Notes under the pieces: model-generated | The model's input: only the letters and a program-made list of their open reading frames with translations | What the model was told of the DNA's origin: nothing | Databases searched by the model: none | Virus record (IMG/VR): IMGVR_UViG_3300012983_000032 | Span: 1 to 29,792 of that record | Length of the DNA: 29,792 nucleotides | DNA from: a virus | Taxonomy: Duplodnaviria > Heunggongvirae > Uroviricota > Caudoviricetes | Reading direction: 5' to 3' (one strand) | Position numbers and translations under genes: made by a program | Shown: positions 1-7,569 of the stretch, in pieces | Layout of the letters: each line of letters begins with the position of its first letter | How positions within the stretch are numbered: position 1 is the stretch's first letter

Positions 1-1104
1 ATGAAAGAAGTTTCTTCTACATCATTACAACAAACTAGAAGGGATTGTGATAATGCTTTTATAAACTTTTTCAAATCAAATAATGGAAGTAGAAAAGGAA
101 AATCTGGATTTCCAAAGTTTAAATCTAAAAAAGACAATCACCAAAGTTATAGAGAACCAAATGTAAACGAAAATTGCAAGATTTTCTTTGAAAATCGTTT
201 AATTAAAATTCCAAAAGTAGGAAAAGTAATTTTCAAAGATAGGGATTTCCCTCAATGGTGGAGTCAAATAGAAAAGATTTGTTCAATGACAATTTCTAAA
301 AGTTGTAGTGGAAATTATTATGTATCAATTTTGTTTGAAATATCACCTTGTAATTACAGGGTTGAGAATAGAAAAGAGGCAATAGGGCTGGATTTTAGTC
401 CATCTGAAATGTATGTTTCTAGTGAAAACCAAACTGGAAAAGACTTCGGATATATTGCTCAAAAACAAGCCCATTCTAAAAAACTTAAAAAACTTCAAAG
501 AAGACTTGCTAGAAGGCAAATGGTGGCAGTTGAAAACTGCCCTATAAAAGTTTCTTCTAAAAATAGAGAGAAAGCGAGAATCAAACTGGCTCGGTTGGAA
601 GAACATATTGCAAATTCTAGAAAAGACTGGATTGAAAAGGAAAGTTTAAGACTAGTTCGTTCTTATGACAAAGTTGTAGTTGAAGACTTAAACTTGAAAG
701 GGATTTCAAAATTCTTGAGAAATGCCAAAAATATGAATGATACTTCTTGGTCAACATTTGTTTCAAGACTTCAAGCAAAAGGAAAAGATTACAACTGCAA
801 TGTAATCAAAGCAGATAGATATTTTCCATCTAGTCAACTTTGCTCTAAATGTGGATTTCAATATCACGATTTGAAACTTTCAGAGAGAAATTGGACTTGT
901 TGTAATTGTGGAACACATCACATTAGGGATGTGAATGCTGCAATCAATTTGAAAAATTATGTACCGTGGGAAGCACGGGAACTTAAGCCTGTGGAGAGTT
1001 CTAAGGTTGCAAACTTAGCAATGCTTGCTTTGCAAGCAACCGAACTCGATGAAGCAGGAAGCACTTTACAGGCGACTAAGTGCAAGAATCTGCCGAATCT
1101 TTAG
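1..1104 (+). CDS. tnpB: TnpB RNA-guided endonuclease (IS200/IS605 family), 5' part outside window (element A)
   Basis: RuvC motifs intact (IGLDFS, VVVEDL, RDVNAAIN), Zn finger CSKCG...CCNCG, roughly 90% identical by eye to the 6043-7413 protein. The Met at position 1 is internal by comparison with that copy. Confidence 0.95.
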   Translation: MKEVSSTSLQQTRRDCDNAFINFFKSNNGSRKGKSGFPKFKSKKDNHQSYREPNVNENCKIFFENRLIKIPKVGKVIFKDRDFPQWWSQIEKICSMTISKSCSGNYYVSILFEISPCNYRVENRKEAIGLDFSPSEMYVSSENQTGKDFGYIAQKQAHSKKLKKLQRRLARRQMVAVENCPIKVSSKNREKARIKLARLEEHIANSRKDWIEKESLRLVRSYDKVVVEDLNLKGISKFLRNAKNMNDTSWSTFVSRLQAKGKDYNCNVIKADRYFPSSQLCSKCGFQYHDLKLSERNWTCCNCGTHHIRDVNAAINLKNYVPWEARELKPVESSKVANLAMLALQATELDEAGSTLQATKCKNLPNL

Positions 1105-1121
1105 TTCGGCAGAGGCTTCAA
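1..1121 (+). mobile_element. IS200/IS605 (IS1341-like) element A, right part; right end TTCAA at 1117-1121
   Basis: GAAT (1086-1089) at the foot of subterminal hairpin TCTGCCGAA-tctttag-TTCGGCAGA (1089-1113), then GGCTTCAA. Similarity to element B stops exactly after TTCAA. Matches the IS608 right-end pattern (guide GAAT, cleavage site TCAA). Confidence 0.9.
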
Positions 1122-1141
1122 AAATTGAGAATATTGAGATG
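961..1141 (+). ncRNA. Predicted omegaRNA of element A (scaffold about 961-1121, guide about 1122-1141 AAATTGAGAATATTGAGATG)
   Basis: Overlaps the tnpB 3' end as known for TnpB omegaRNAs. Three stems covary with element B. The 5' boundary is approximate. Confidence 0.75.
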
Positions 1142-1193
1142 AATTTGGATTTAATTTTAGCTTTAAAGCCTTATTACTAATTGTATTAGACAT
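1122..1193 (-). pseudogene. tnpB: N-terminal fragment of a third tnpB (element C), MSNTISNKALKLKLNPNSSQYSQF, cut by element A
   Basis: ATG at 1193 with AAGGA RBS. Aligns with HKSLKLRIYPTEEQSQL of tnpB in element B. The leader is homologous to that of element B and equally long between the conserved CTAAACA and ATGTCT. Too short for the ORF track. Confidence 0.8.
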
Positions 1194-1222
1194 AATCAAA
1201 ACTATTCCTTTTGGTTGTGTTT

Positions 1223-1259
1223 AGAAGAAAGTCAGTATTTGCAGTACTGGCTTTTTTCG
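1223..1259. terminator. Bidirectional terminator-like hairpin inside the element C left end
   Basis: AAGAAA-GTCAGTAT-ttgca-GTACTGGC-TTTTTT; stem covaries with the copy at 7451-7470. Confidence 0.7.
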
Positions 1260-1297
1260 TTTATATAGTAATTAGTTGTTTTAAATCAAAAAGAACT

Positions 1298-1312
1298 GTT
1301 AATATAGTAATT
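1298..1312 (+). promoter_or_regulatory. Outward-facing GTTAATATA promoter-like motif in element C left end
   Basis: Same motif as at 7527 and upstream of several phage genes; resembles an extended -10 (TG-n-TAATAT). Confidence 0.5.
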
Positions 1313-1421
1313 ATGGCAATTCATATGCCACACTGAAGATGTGGCATTTTTCTTGCCATTTTTACATAAATGTACGTATTAAATTTATAAAGTTTCTTTT
1401 AGAGTATAAGGAAAAATTAGT

Positions 1422-1847
1422 ATGATAACAACTTTATTGGGAATATTGTTTATTGTGGTAGGTGTATATATTTGTATGAATAGTGGAAGGTCAGTTTTCT
1501 CAATTCTTAAAGAGTGTAAATCACTTAAAAGACAGTACCTATCTGCATTAGACGAATTGGCAAATAGAATCGAGTATGTAACTAATCATATCCCGGAAAA
1601 TGAAATGGAACAAATTCGTTTTTTGAAAATATCTGACGTTATTCAGAATAAAGAAAATAAGGCTATGTTAATATTAAAATTGTATAGTCTTTCTGACGCC
1701 ATTAGAATAGATAAAAAAAAGACACAGAAAAAAATTTGGTTTGACTACTACCCAATTAAGTTATTCTATTTCAAATATGGGAAGGCTCTGAAAGAAATAC
1801 CTGAATTACAAAAGGAGATACCTGAAAAAGATGTCATTTATGAATAA
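1422..1847 (+). CDS. Hypothetical membrane-anchored protein
   Basis: 141 aa ORF, AAGGA RBS, hydrophobic N-terminal helix (TTLLGILFIVVGVYICM). Confidence 0.7.
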   Translation: MITTLLGILFIVVGVYICMNSGRSVFSILKECKSLKRQYLSALDELANRIEYVTNHIPENEMEQIRFLKISDVIQNKENKAMLILKLYSLSDAIRIDKKKTQKKIWFDYYPIKLFYFKYGKALKEIPELQKEIPEKDVIYE

Positions 1848-3696
1848 GATTTATAGGGACACTGTTAGGTCACCTACTATTAATAATCCAATTACTAATA
1901 ATCCAATTACTTACAATTCTTCAGGTGATAATTTTGATATGGATAATTGGAGAATAGAAGCAATAAATCCTTGGATAAATATGGTATCAAATAATATGAA
2001 AATTGATAAACTTGACGACTATCAGATGAATTTTGAGGGCGTTAGTAATAATGCTACTCCTAAAACATCAAAAAAGGTTAAATTAAACATTACTCGTGAT
2101 ACTATCGCACTTTCTTTGGAAGTTTCCAAGAGAAGCGGTGTACCAGTATTATTTCTTTCAAATCCTGGTGAAGGTAAAACCACTGGGGTTATGACTTTCG
2201 GTAAGTATCATAAACTTCACGTTGAATTCCTTATGGGGTCACAATACACACAAGAAGACGTATTGGGATTTATGACAAATACTGGTAAAGAATATCTTGA
2301 AGTTAAAATTCCTGAGTGGTATTATCGTATTATGGAATATACAAAATATCATTGGGAAATTAAAGACGACCCAAATTTTGAATTAGGGTATACAGAACGT
2401 AAAAAACTTATAGATGAAAAAAAATTATATTTTGCATACAAAGATAAAAAATTGACAGAAGAACAACTCCTTGATATGGATATCCCTTTTAACAAAATTG
2501 ATATTGATGCAAGAGTTAAGGAAATTGATAAAGAACTTGAGGACAGATTTGTTTGGACTCCACCAAGAGGAACAATCCTATTTTTGGATGAACTTTCTGC
2601 CGCTGCACCTACAGTACAGGCTGCATTACTTAGGCTTTGTCATGAAAAGAAATTGAGAGGTAATAATTCTCTTCCAAAAGATTGTATTGTATGTGCAGCA
2701 GGTAACTTTAAAAGAAACTTACCTAGTTTTATGGAGATTATTGCACCAGAGTTAAATCGTTTCTGTATAATAAACTTACTTAGAGGTAATCATAATTCTA
2801 GATATGAAAATATCGGAAAAGATTTAGTTTTTGAGGCAACCCAAGACTTTTATGAAAATACTAATAATTTCCCAGAGTATAAAGACACTTTTGAGTTTTC
2901 TCAGTCTATGAAAACTAAGTTTTTAGAAAAGTATCGTAATGGTCTTATTAAATTATTTGAAGAATATTCTAAAACTGACTCTCCAAATGGAGTTTTGAAC
3001 CTAAGAAATACAAATTTTGACGGAATGTTTGATGGACTAGAAGAAGTTCCAGAAATTTCAAACTTCATATCTGTAAGAAGTATTTCTTATTTTGCAAGAG
3101 TACTACGTGCCCTTTGTGAACTTAGGATAACACCTTCATACCTTGATGACGCATATAAGAAATTTTCAGTAGGGCTTTTAGGACTTGGAACAAACTCTTG
3201 GGATAGTAAAGCGGACGATAGAGAATTACAGATTTCAACATATCAGAAGTCATTAAACTTTATGGTAGGTGATATCTTGTCAGAGTTTAATCATCCGTCT
3301 AAGGATAGTATTACTTTAAGTAATATGTCACATGGAGCCGCAACTAAAGCAGAAATTAAAAAGGGTTCATTAGCAGAAACTATTAATAATTTCATAAATG
3401 GTGATAATAAAGACATACAAGATATATTTAATAAAATTCAACAAAGGTTCCCTACTCACGCTGTATCTGCGTATAATGCAATGCAGACTGTTTTTTCTGG
3501 TCCTCTTTTAGATATTATCGACTGGCGAGCAGACTATGAGGCAGTAAAAATGTTGATAATGGTATTAGATAGTAATGTAGATAAAGAATACTTAGATATT
3601 TATACTAATAGTCTGAAAACAGTTTGTAATAATTACGAGTTTTATTATAATAGTAGTTTGGCATCTATAACTTTAAATGACTTAAAAGAGGTATAA
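1831..3696 (+). CDS. MoxR-like AAA+ ATPase
   Basis: Walker A SNPGEGKT, Walker B ILFLDELS followed by AAPTVQAALLRL, then AAGN and APELNRF; adjacent vWA gene. Exact start uncertain. Confidence 0.85.
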   Translation: MSFMNKIYRDTVRSPTINNPITNNPITYNSSGDNFDMDNWRIEAINPWINMVSNNMKIDKLDDYQMNFEGVSNNATPKTSKKVKLNITRDTIALSLEVSKRSGVPVLFLSNPGEGKTTGVMTFGKYHKLHVEFLMGSQYTQEDVLGFMTNTGKEYLEVKIPEWYYRIMEYTKYHWEIKDDPNFELGYTERKKLIDEKKLYFAYKDKKLTEEQLLDMDIPFNKIDIDARVKEIDKELEDRFVWTPPRGTILFLDELSAAAPTVQAALLRLCHEKKLRGNNSLPKDCIVCAAGNFKRNLPSFMEIIAPELNRFCIINLLRGNHNSRYENIGKDLVFEATQDFYENTNNFPEYKDTFEFSQSMKTKFLEKYRNGLIKLFEEYSKTDSPNGVLNLRNTNFDGMFDGLEEVPEISNFISVRSISYFARVLRALCELRITPSYLDDAYKKFSVGLLGLGTNSWDSKADDRELQISTYQKSLNFMVGDILSEFNHPSKDSITLSNMSHGAATKAEIKKGSLAETINNFINGDNKDIQDIFNKIQQRFPTHAVSAYNAMQTVFSGPLLDIIDWRADYEAVKMLIMVLDSNVDKEYLDIYTNSLKTVCNNYEFYYNSSLASITLNDLKEV

Positions 3697-3697
3697 T

Positions 3698-3949
3698 ATG
3701 CTTTATAATGTTTTATCACAAATTGAAAATACTGACGCAATTCTTAAAGGCTTAGACGAATATGAGTGGTTACAATATCATACTAAGGATAAAATTTTTG
3801 TGAAAAACTTAGTACCCATACCTTATGACAAAATAAAAGGAATTTTTGTACCTTTAACTTCTGAGGATAAGAATAATAATAAGACTGTAATGCTTACAGC
3901 TTTAACTGTAAAAGGATTCCAAAATTATATCGCTAAGTTAGAATCATGA
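3698..3949 (+). CDS. Hypothetical protein
   Basis: 83 aa, GAGG RBS, tightly coupled between the AAA+ and vWA genes. Confidence 0.7.
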   Translation: MLYNVLSQIENTDAILKGLDEYEWLQYHTKDKIFVKNLVPIPYDKIKGIFVPLTSEDKNNNKTVMLTALTVKGFQNYIAKLES

Positions 3950-5520
3950 CCAAAGAAGAAGTATTTGAAAAATTTAATGACACTATTTCTCATATACCTA
4001 ATATAAACTGGGTAAACTATGACACACAGATGGCAAAACTTGATACGTACTGTTGGAGATATATTCATTCAGATAATACGTCGTCTAAAAATTTAGCATA
4101 TATGTGTCGTAGTAAAGGGGAAACAGGAGTATACGAACTTTTTATTAATAAACTTATCCCTTTTGATATTAAAAATGCAACTGTTCTTCACGAAGTAGGT
4201 CACGCCGTTTTAGGTCATACTCTTTCTTGGAAAGCACAACAAGCAATAGGTATAGATAAAGTAAAAAGTCATTGGTCAACATTAAAAAATTATTTTAATA
4301 AAAAAGGTAAACCTATAAAATCCCCAACAGAAGAAATCTGTAAAAAGATTTATAATATGATATTAAACGTTGCTATGGACTTTGAAGTTAATAGTAAAAT
4401 GTTTGAACCTTTAGAATATAAATGGGCTCGTTTATTTTTCAATTTTGCATATATCTCTGTTATTCTACAAAATGACGAAAAAATTAAAAATGAAGAACTT
4501 GAAGATGTATTTAACTTTTTACAGGCACTTGACACTTTTAATGGGAATATAGACTTTTCTGCTGAAACTTTCCCTGAGTGGATTATGCCTTTCTGTTGGG
4601 CAGAAGATTATGGATTCCCAGATAGATTGTCTTATGGGCAATATATTGATTTAATTTTAATGAACCCTGATAAGTTCTTCCCAGAATTTAAAGATAAAGT
4701 TGGCAAAAAAGGATTTGATTTTACTGACGGCAATGATACTGACTCCATTAGTGAAGAAGAAATTGACGAGTTTATTACACAATATGGAGACTCCGACGAA
4801 GAAGAAATGGAAGTCCTAATGGATGACGAAAAAAAAGGTAAATATTCTTCACACGCAGATGGTGATAAAAAGTATGTAGAGTCCTCAGATTTTAGTAAAC
4901 TTGACCAAACAGAACTTGAAAATTTCTTATACAAGAATTGTTTTAATAAAAGTATAAAAGACACAAGAACTGACTATCTGTATAACTATAATAGATGTAA
5001 GTTTGGGGGAGATATACTAATCTCTAAACAAAATAAAGAAGAATTATGGCGACCAGGAAATATATTTTTATTGGTAGACTGTTCAGGCTCTATTGAAGAT
5101 ATTGTTATTGATATAGTGTTAAAAAGTGTTCCAAATGTTAGCAGAAAATGTGGTCCAAAATCTAGAGTTATTTGGTGGGATACTACCTGTCGAGGTGATT
5201 ACCCAATGTCAACTAGTAGAGTACCAAATAACTATGGTGGGGGTACAGAAATTGCACTTGGAATAGAATATATCAAAAAGAATTATTTACAATTTAATAA
5301 TGATAAACTTATAATCCTAAGTGATTATTATGATGATATTTCAAGTTGGTTAAGTGAAGTTTCAGACATAAAGTGTGATGTAATTGGTATATGTTGGGCA
5401 CAAAATAAATATGGTAAAGGAAGAGATTTTTTATACCATAGAGGATGGTATAATGACTCCAAGTCTACTATAGACACATTCTTAGATAAAGTTAAGACCA
5501 AATTTATAAGTATCGATTAA
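3946..5520 (+). CDS. Metallopeptidase-motif plus vWA domain protein (DUF2201-like), MoxR partner
   Basis: HEVGH (HExxH), NVAMDFEVN, acidic linker, MIDAS-like LLVDCSGSI and GGGTEI. Confidence 0.85.
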   Translation: MTKEEVFEKFNDTISHIPNINWVNYDTQMAKLDTYCWRYIHSDNTSSKNLAYMCRSKGETGVYELFINKLIPFDIKNATVLHEVGHAVLGHTLSWKAQQAIGIDKVKSHWSTLKNYFNKKGKPIKSPTEEICKKIYNMILNVAMDFEVNSKMFEPLEYKWARLFFNFAYISVILQNDEKIKNEELEDVFNFLQALDTFNGNIDFSAETFPEWIMPFCWAEDYGFPDRLSYGQYIDLILMNPDKFFPEFKDKVGKKGFDFTDGNDTDSISEEEIDEFITQYGDSDEEEMEVLMDDEKKGKYSSHADGDKKYVESSDFSKLDQTELENFLYKNCFNKSIKDTRTDYLYNYNRCKFGGDILISKQNKEELWRPGNIFLLVDCSGSIEDIVIDIVLKSVPNVSRKCGPKSRVIWWDTTCRGDYPMSTSRVPNNYGGGTEIALGIEYIKKNYLQFNNDKLIILSDYYDDISSWLSEVSDIKCDVIGICWAQNKYGKGRDFLYHRGWYNDSKSTIDTFLDKVKTKFISID

Positions 5521-5539
5521 TGGAGTTAATATATTAGGT

Positions 5540-6010
5540 ATGAAGTTATTAGGATTTTGTGATTGGTATTCAGAAATAGTAGACTACAAAGGTAAGCAAT
5601 TTGAAGTTCATTCTTTCTCAAAAGAATACGATATACTTAAGAAAAATGAAGAATGCAAAATTACCGCCGAAAAGCTTGAAGTAACAAGAATTAACGCATG
5701 GAAATTACTTGAAAAAGTCTTTCTCGAAAAAGGCTGGAAATTCCCAGGTAATGAGTATCAGGACTATCTTATACCTGTAATATTGGACGACGAGGGTATT
5801 ACTTGGAAAATATGTATCAGTCAAAGGTCTTGGGGTAATTTTATATATTTTCTAGAGTGCAAAAGAAAAGGTATTGAACCAAATGATGAAATGGGGTATA
5901 TGGATTGGTATATTCAGTATGGAAAAAACTATAATGAAAAGCCTAAATATCCTAAAAAAAATTGGATGTTAACAACCGTAAAATATGAAAGTGTAAACGA
6001 GGATATATGA
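5540..6010 (+). CDS. Hypothetical protein
   Basis: 156 aa ORF; GTTAATATA motif at 5525. Confidence 0.75.
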   Translation: MKLLGFCDWYSEIVDYKGKQFEVHSFSKEYDILKKNEECKITAEKLEVTRINAWKLLEKVFLEKGWKFPGNEYQDYLIPVILDDEGITWKICISQRSWGNFIYFLECKRKGIEPNDEMGYMDWYIQYGKNYNEKPKYPKKNWMLTTVKYESVNEDI

Positions 6011-6186
6011 TAGAAGTTAATATTGTTGAAGCCTGTCCTCGGCTAAAGACCGAGGACATTCCTACCACTAGTCGCCTGTGAGTGGTTTCCTGCTTCATCG
6101 AGTTCGGTTGCTTGCAAAGCAAGCATTGCTAAGTTTGCAACCTTAGAACTCTCCACAGGCTTAAGTTCCCGACCTTCCATCGGTAC
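6006..6186 (-). ncRNA. Predicted omegaRNA of element B (scaffold about 6186-6026, guide CAATATTAACTTCTATCATA)
   Basis: Homologous to the element A 3' region with compensatory stems. The guide is the flank after TTCAA. 5' boundary approximate. Confidence 0.75.
6007..6025 (+). pseudogene. Original first codons (MIEVNI-) of the gene interrupted by element B
   Basis: GAGGA RBS at 5999-6003, ATGA overlap with the upstream stop. Joining 6025 to 7595 gives in-frame MIEVNIDKRRPLTEFNLDN. Confidence 0.85.
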
Positions 6187-7413
6187 ATAGTTTTTCAAAT
6201 TGATTGCCGCATTTACATCACGAATGTGATGTGTTCCACAATTACGACAAGTCCAATTTCTCTCTGAAAGTTTCAAATCGTGATATTGAAATCCACATTT
6301 AGAGCAAAGTTGACTAGATGGAAAATATCTATCTGATTTGATTACGTTACAGTTGTAATCTTTTCCTTTTGATTGAAGTCTTGAAACAAATGTTGACCAA
6401 GAAGTGTCATTCATATTTTTGGCATTTCTTAGAAACTTGCTTATTCCTTTTAGGTTTAAGTCTTCAACTACAACTTTGTCATAAGAACGAACTAATCTTA
6501 AAGTTTCTTTCTCAATCCAATCCTTTCTGCTATTGACAATATGTTCTTCCAATCGAGCCAGCTTGGTTCTCGCTTTTTCTCGATTTTTAGAAGAAACTTT
6601 TCTAGAGCAGTTTTCAACTGCCACCATTTGTTTTCTAGCAAATCTTTTTTGAAGTTTTTTCAATTTTTTAGAATGAGCTTGTTTTTGAGCAATATATCCG
6701 AAATCCTTTCCAGTTTGGTTTTCACTAGAAACGTACATTTCAGATGGACTAAAATCCAATCCTATTGCTTCTTTTCTATTTTCAACCTTATAATTACAAG
6801 GTGATATTTTAAACAAAATTGATACATAATAATTTCCACTACAACTTTTAGAAATTGTCATTGAACATAATTTTTCTATTTGACCCCACCATTTAGGAAA
6901 AGCCCTATCTTTGAAAGTCACTTTTCCTACTTTTGGAATTTTTATTAAACGACTTTCAAAGAAAATTTTGCAATTTTCATTTACATTTGGTTCTCTATAT
7001 GATTGACGATTATCTTTTTTTGATTTAAACTTTGGAAATCCAGACTTTCCTTTTCTACTTCCATTATTTGATTTGAAAAAGTTTATAAAAGCTTGGTCAC
7101 AGTCTCTTCTAGATTGTTGTAAACTTGTTGAAGAAACTTCTTTCATATATGGATAAATTTCTTTCCACTCTTTTTCTGTTTTAGGCTTAAAGTTTTTATA
7201 GATATCTTTTGATTTTATTTCTCTTTCTTCTTTTGGGATAGGTAGAAGGTTATCGATGTAAAATTCGTTTCTTTCTTGCAAATGTTCATTGTATAGTTTT
7301 CTACAACAACCAAAAGTTTGATTTATGAGTTGAGACTGTTCTTCTGTAGGGTAAATTCTTAATTTAAGAGATTTATGTTGAATTATATAATTTTTGACTA
7401 ATTTATCAGACAT
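6043..7413 (-). CDS. tnpB: TnpB RNA-guided endonuclease, full length
   Basis: N-terminal KSLKLRIYPTEEQ..TFGCCRKLYN, intact RuvC D/E/D, Zn finger CSKCG...CRNCG. ATG 7413 with AAGGG RBS is preferred over TTG 7419. Confidence 0.96.
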   Translation of the reverse strand: MSDKLVKNYIIQHKSLKLRIYPTEEQSQLINQTFGCCRKLYNEHLQERNEFYIDNLLPIPKEEREIKSKDIYKNFKPKTEKEWKEIYPYMKEVSSTSLQQSRRDCDQAFINFFKSNNGSRKGKSGFPKFKSKKDNRQSYREPNVNENCKIFFESRLIKIPKVGKVTFKDRAFPKWWGQIEKLCSMTISKSCSGNYYVSILFKISPCNYKVENRKEAIGLDFSPSEMYVSSENQTGKDFGYIAQKQAHSKKLKKLQKRFARKQMVAVENCSRKVSSKNREKARTKLARLEEHIVNSRKDWIEKETLRLVRSYDKVVVEDLNLKGISKFLRNAKNMNDTSWSTFVSRLQSKGKDYNCNVIKSDRYFPSSQLCSKCGFQYHDLKLSERNWTCRNCGTHHIRDVNAAINLKNYVPMEGRELKPVESSKVANLAMLALQATELDEAGNHSQATSGRNVLGL

Positions 7414-7442
7414 TCGCAATACTACCCTTATTGTGTTTGTTT

Positions 7443-7478
7443 AGAAGAAAGCTAGGATTGCCGTCCTGGCTTTTTTCG
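7443..7478. terminator. Bidirectional terminator-like hairpin in element B left end
   Basis: AAGAAA-GCTAGGAT-tgcc-GTCCTGGC-TTTTTT; covaries with 1231-1251. Confidence 0.7.
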
Positions 7479-7526
7479 TTTCTATATAATTAGTTAGTAT
7501 AATTTAAAAAGACTCAAGTTTATATA

Positions 7527-7541
7527 GTTAATATAGTAATT
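7527..7541 (+). promoter_or_regulatory. Outward-facing GTTAATATA promoter-like motif in element B left end
   Basis: GTTAATATAGTAATT is conserved with element C and points into the interrupted gene. Confidence 0.5.
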
Positions 7542-7569
7542 ATGGCAATTCATATGCCACTCTAAAGAA

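Larger units (their letters stand above)
1122..1365 (-). mobile_element. Left end plus first codons of element C; first base 1365, preceded by TTTAT (1370-1366 on -)
   Basis: Homologous to 7414-7594. TTTAT, then AAAA at +16..+19, then hairpin TGCCAC..GTGGCA from +20, the same spacing as the IS608 left end. Confidence 0.85.

Noticed and set aside
6016-6025. Element B guide targeting the phage GTTAATAT promoter motif genome-wide
   Set aside because: It needs GTTAATATTG followed by ATAAA. The promoter-like copies read GTTAATATA and lack the TAM, so this is probably coincidence.
343-6804. Short alternative ORFs 343-606, 2471-2656, 4350-4535, 4632-4964 and 6541-6804
   Set aside because: Antisense or out-of-frame shadows of well-supported genes, with no RBS or motif. 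The two tnpB shadows resemble each other only because tnpB is duplicated.
7322-7346. Element A guide self-targeting tnpB of element B
   Set aside because: The TAM is present but only 12/20 positions match, with mismatches at positions 1 and 3, so cleavage is unlikely.
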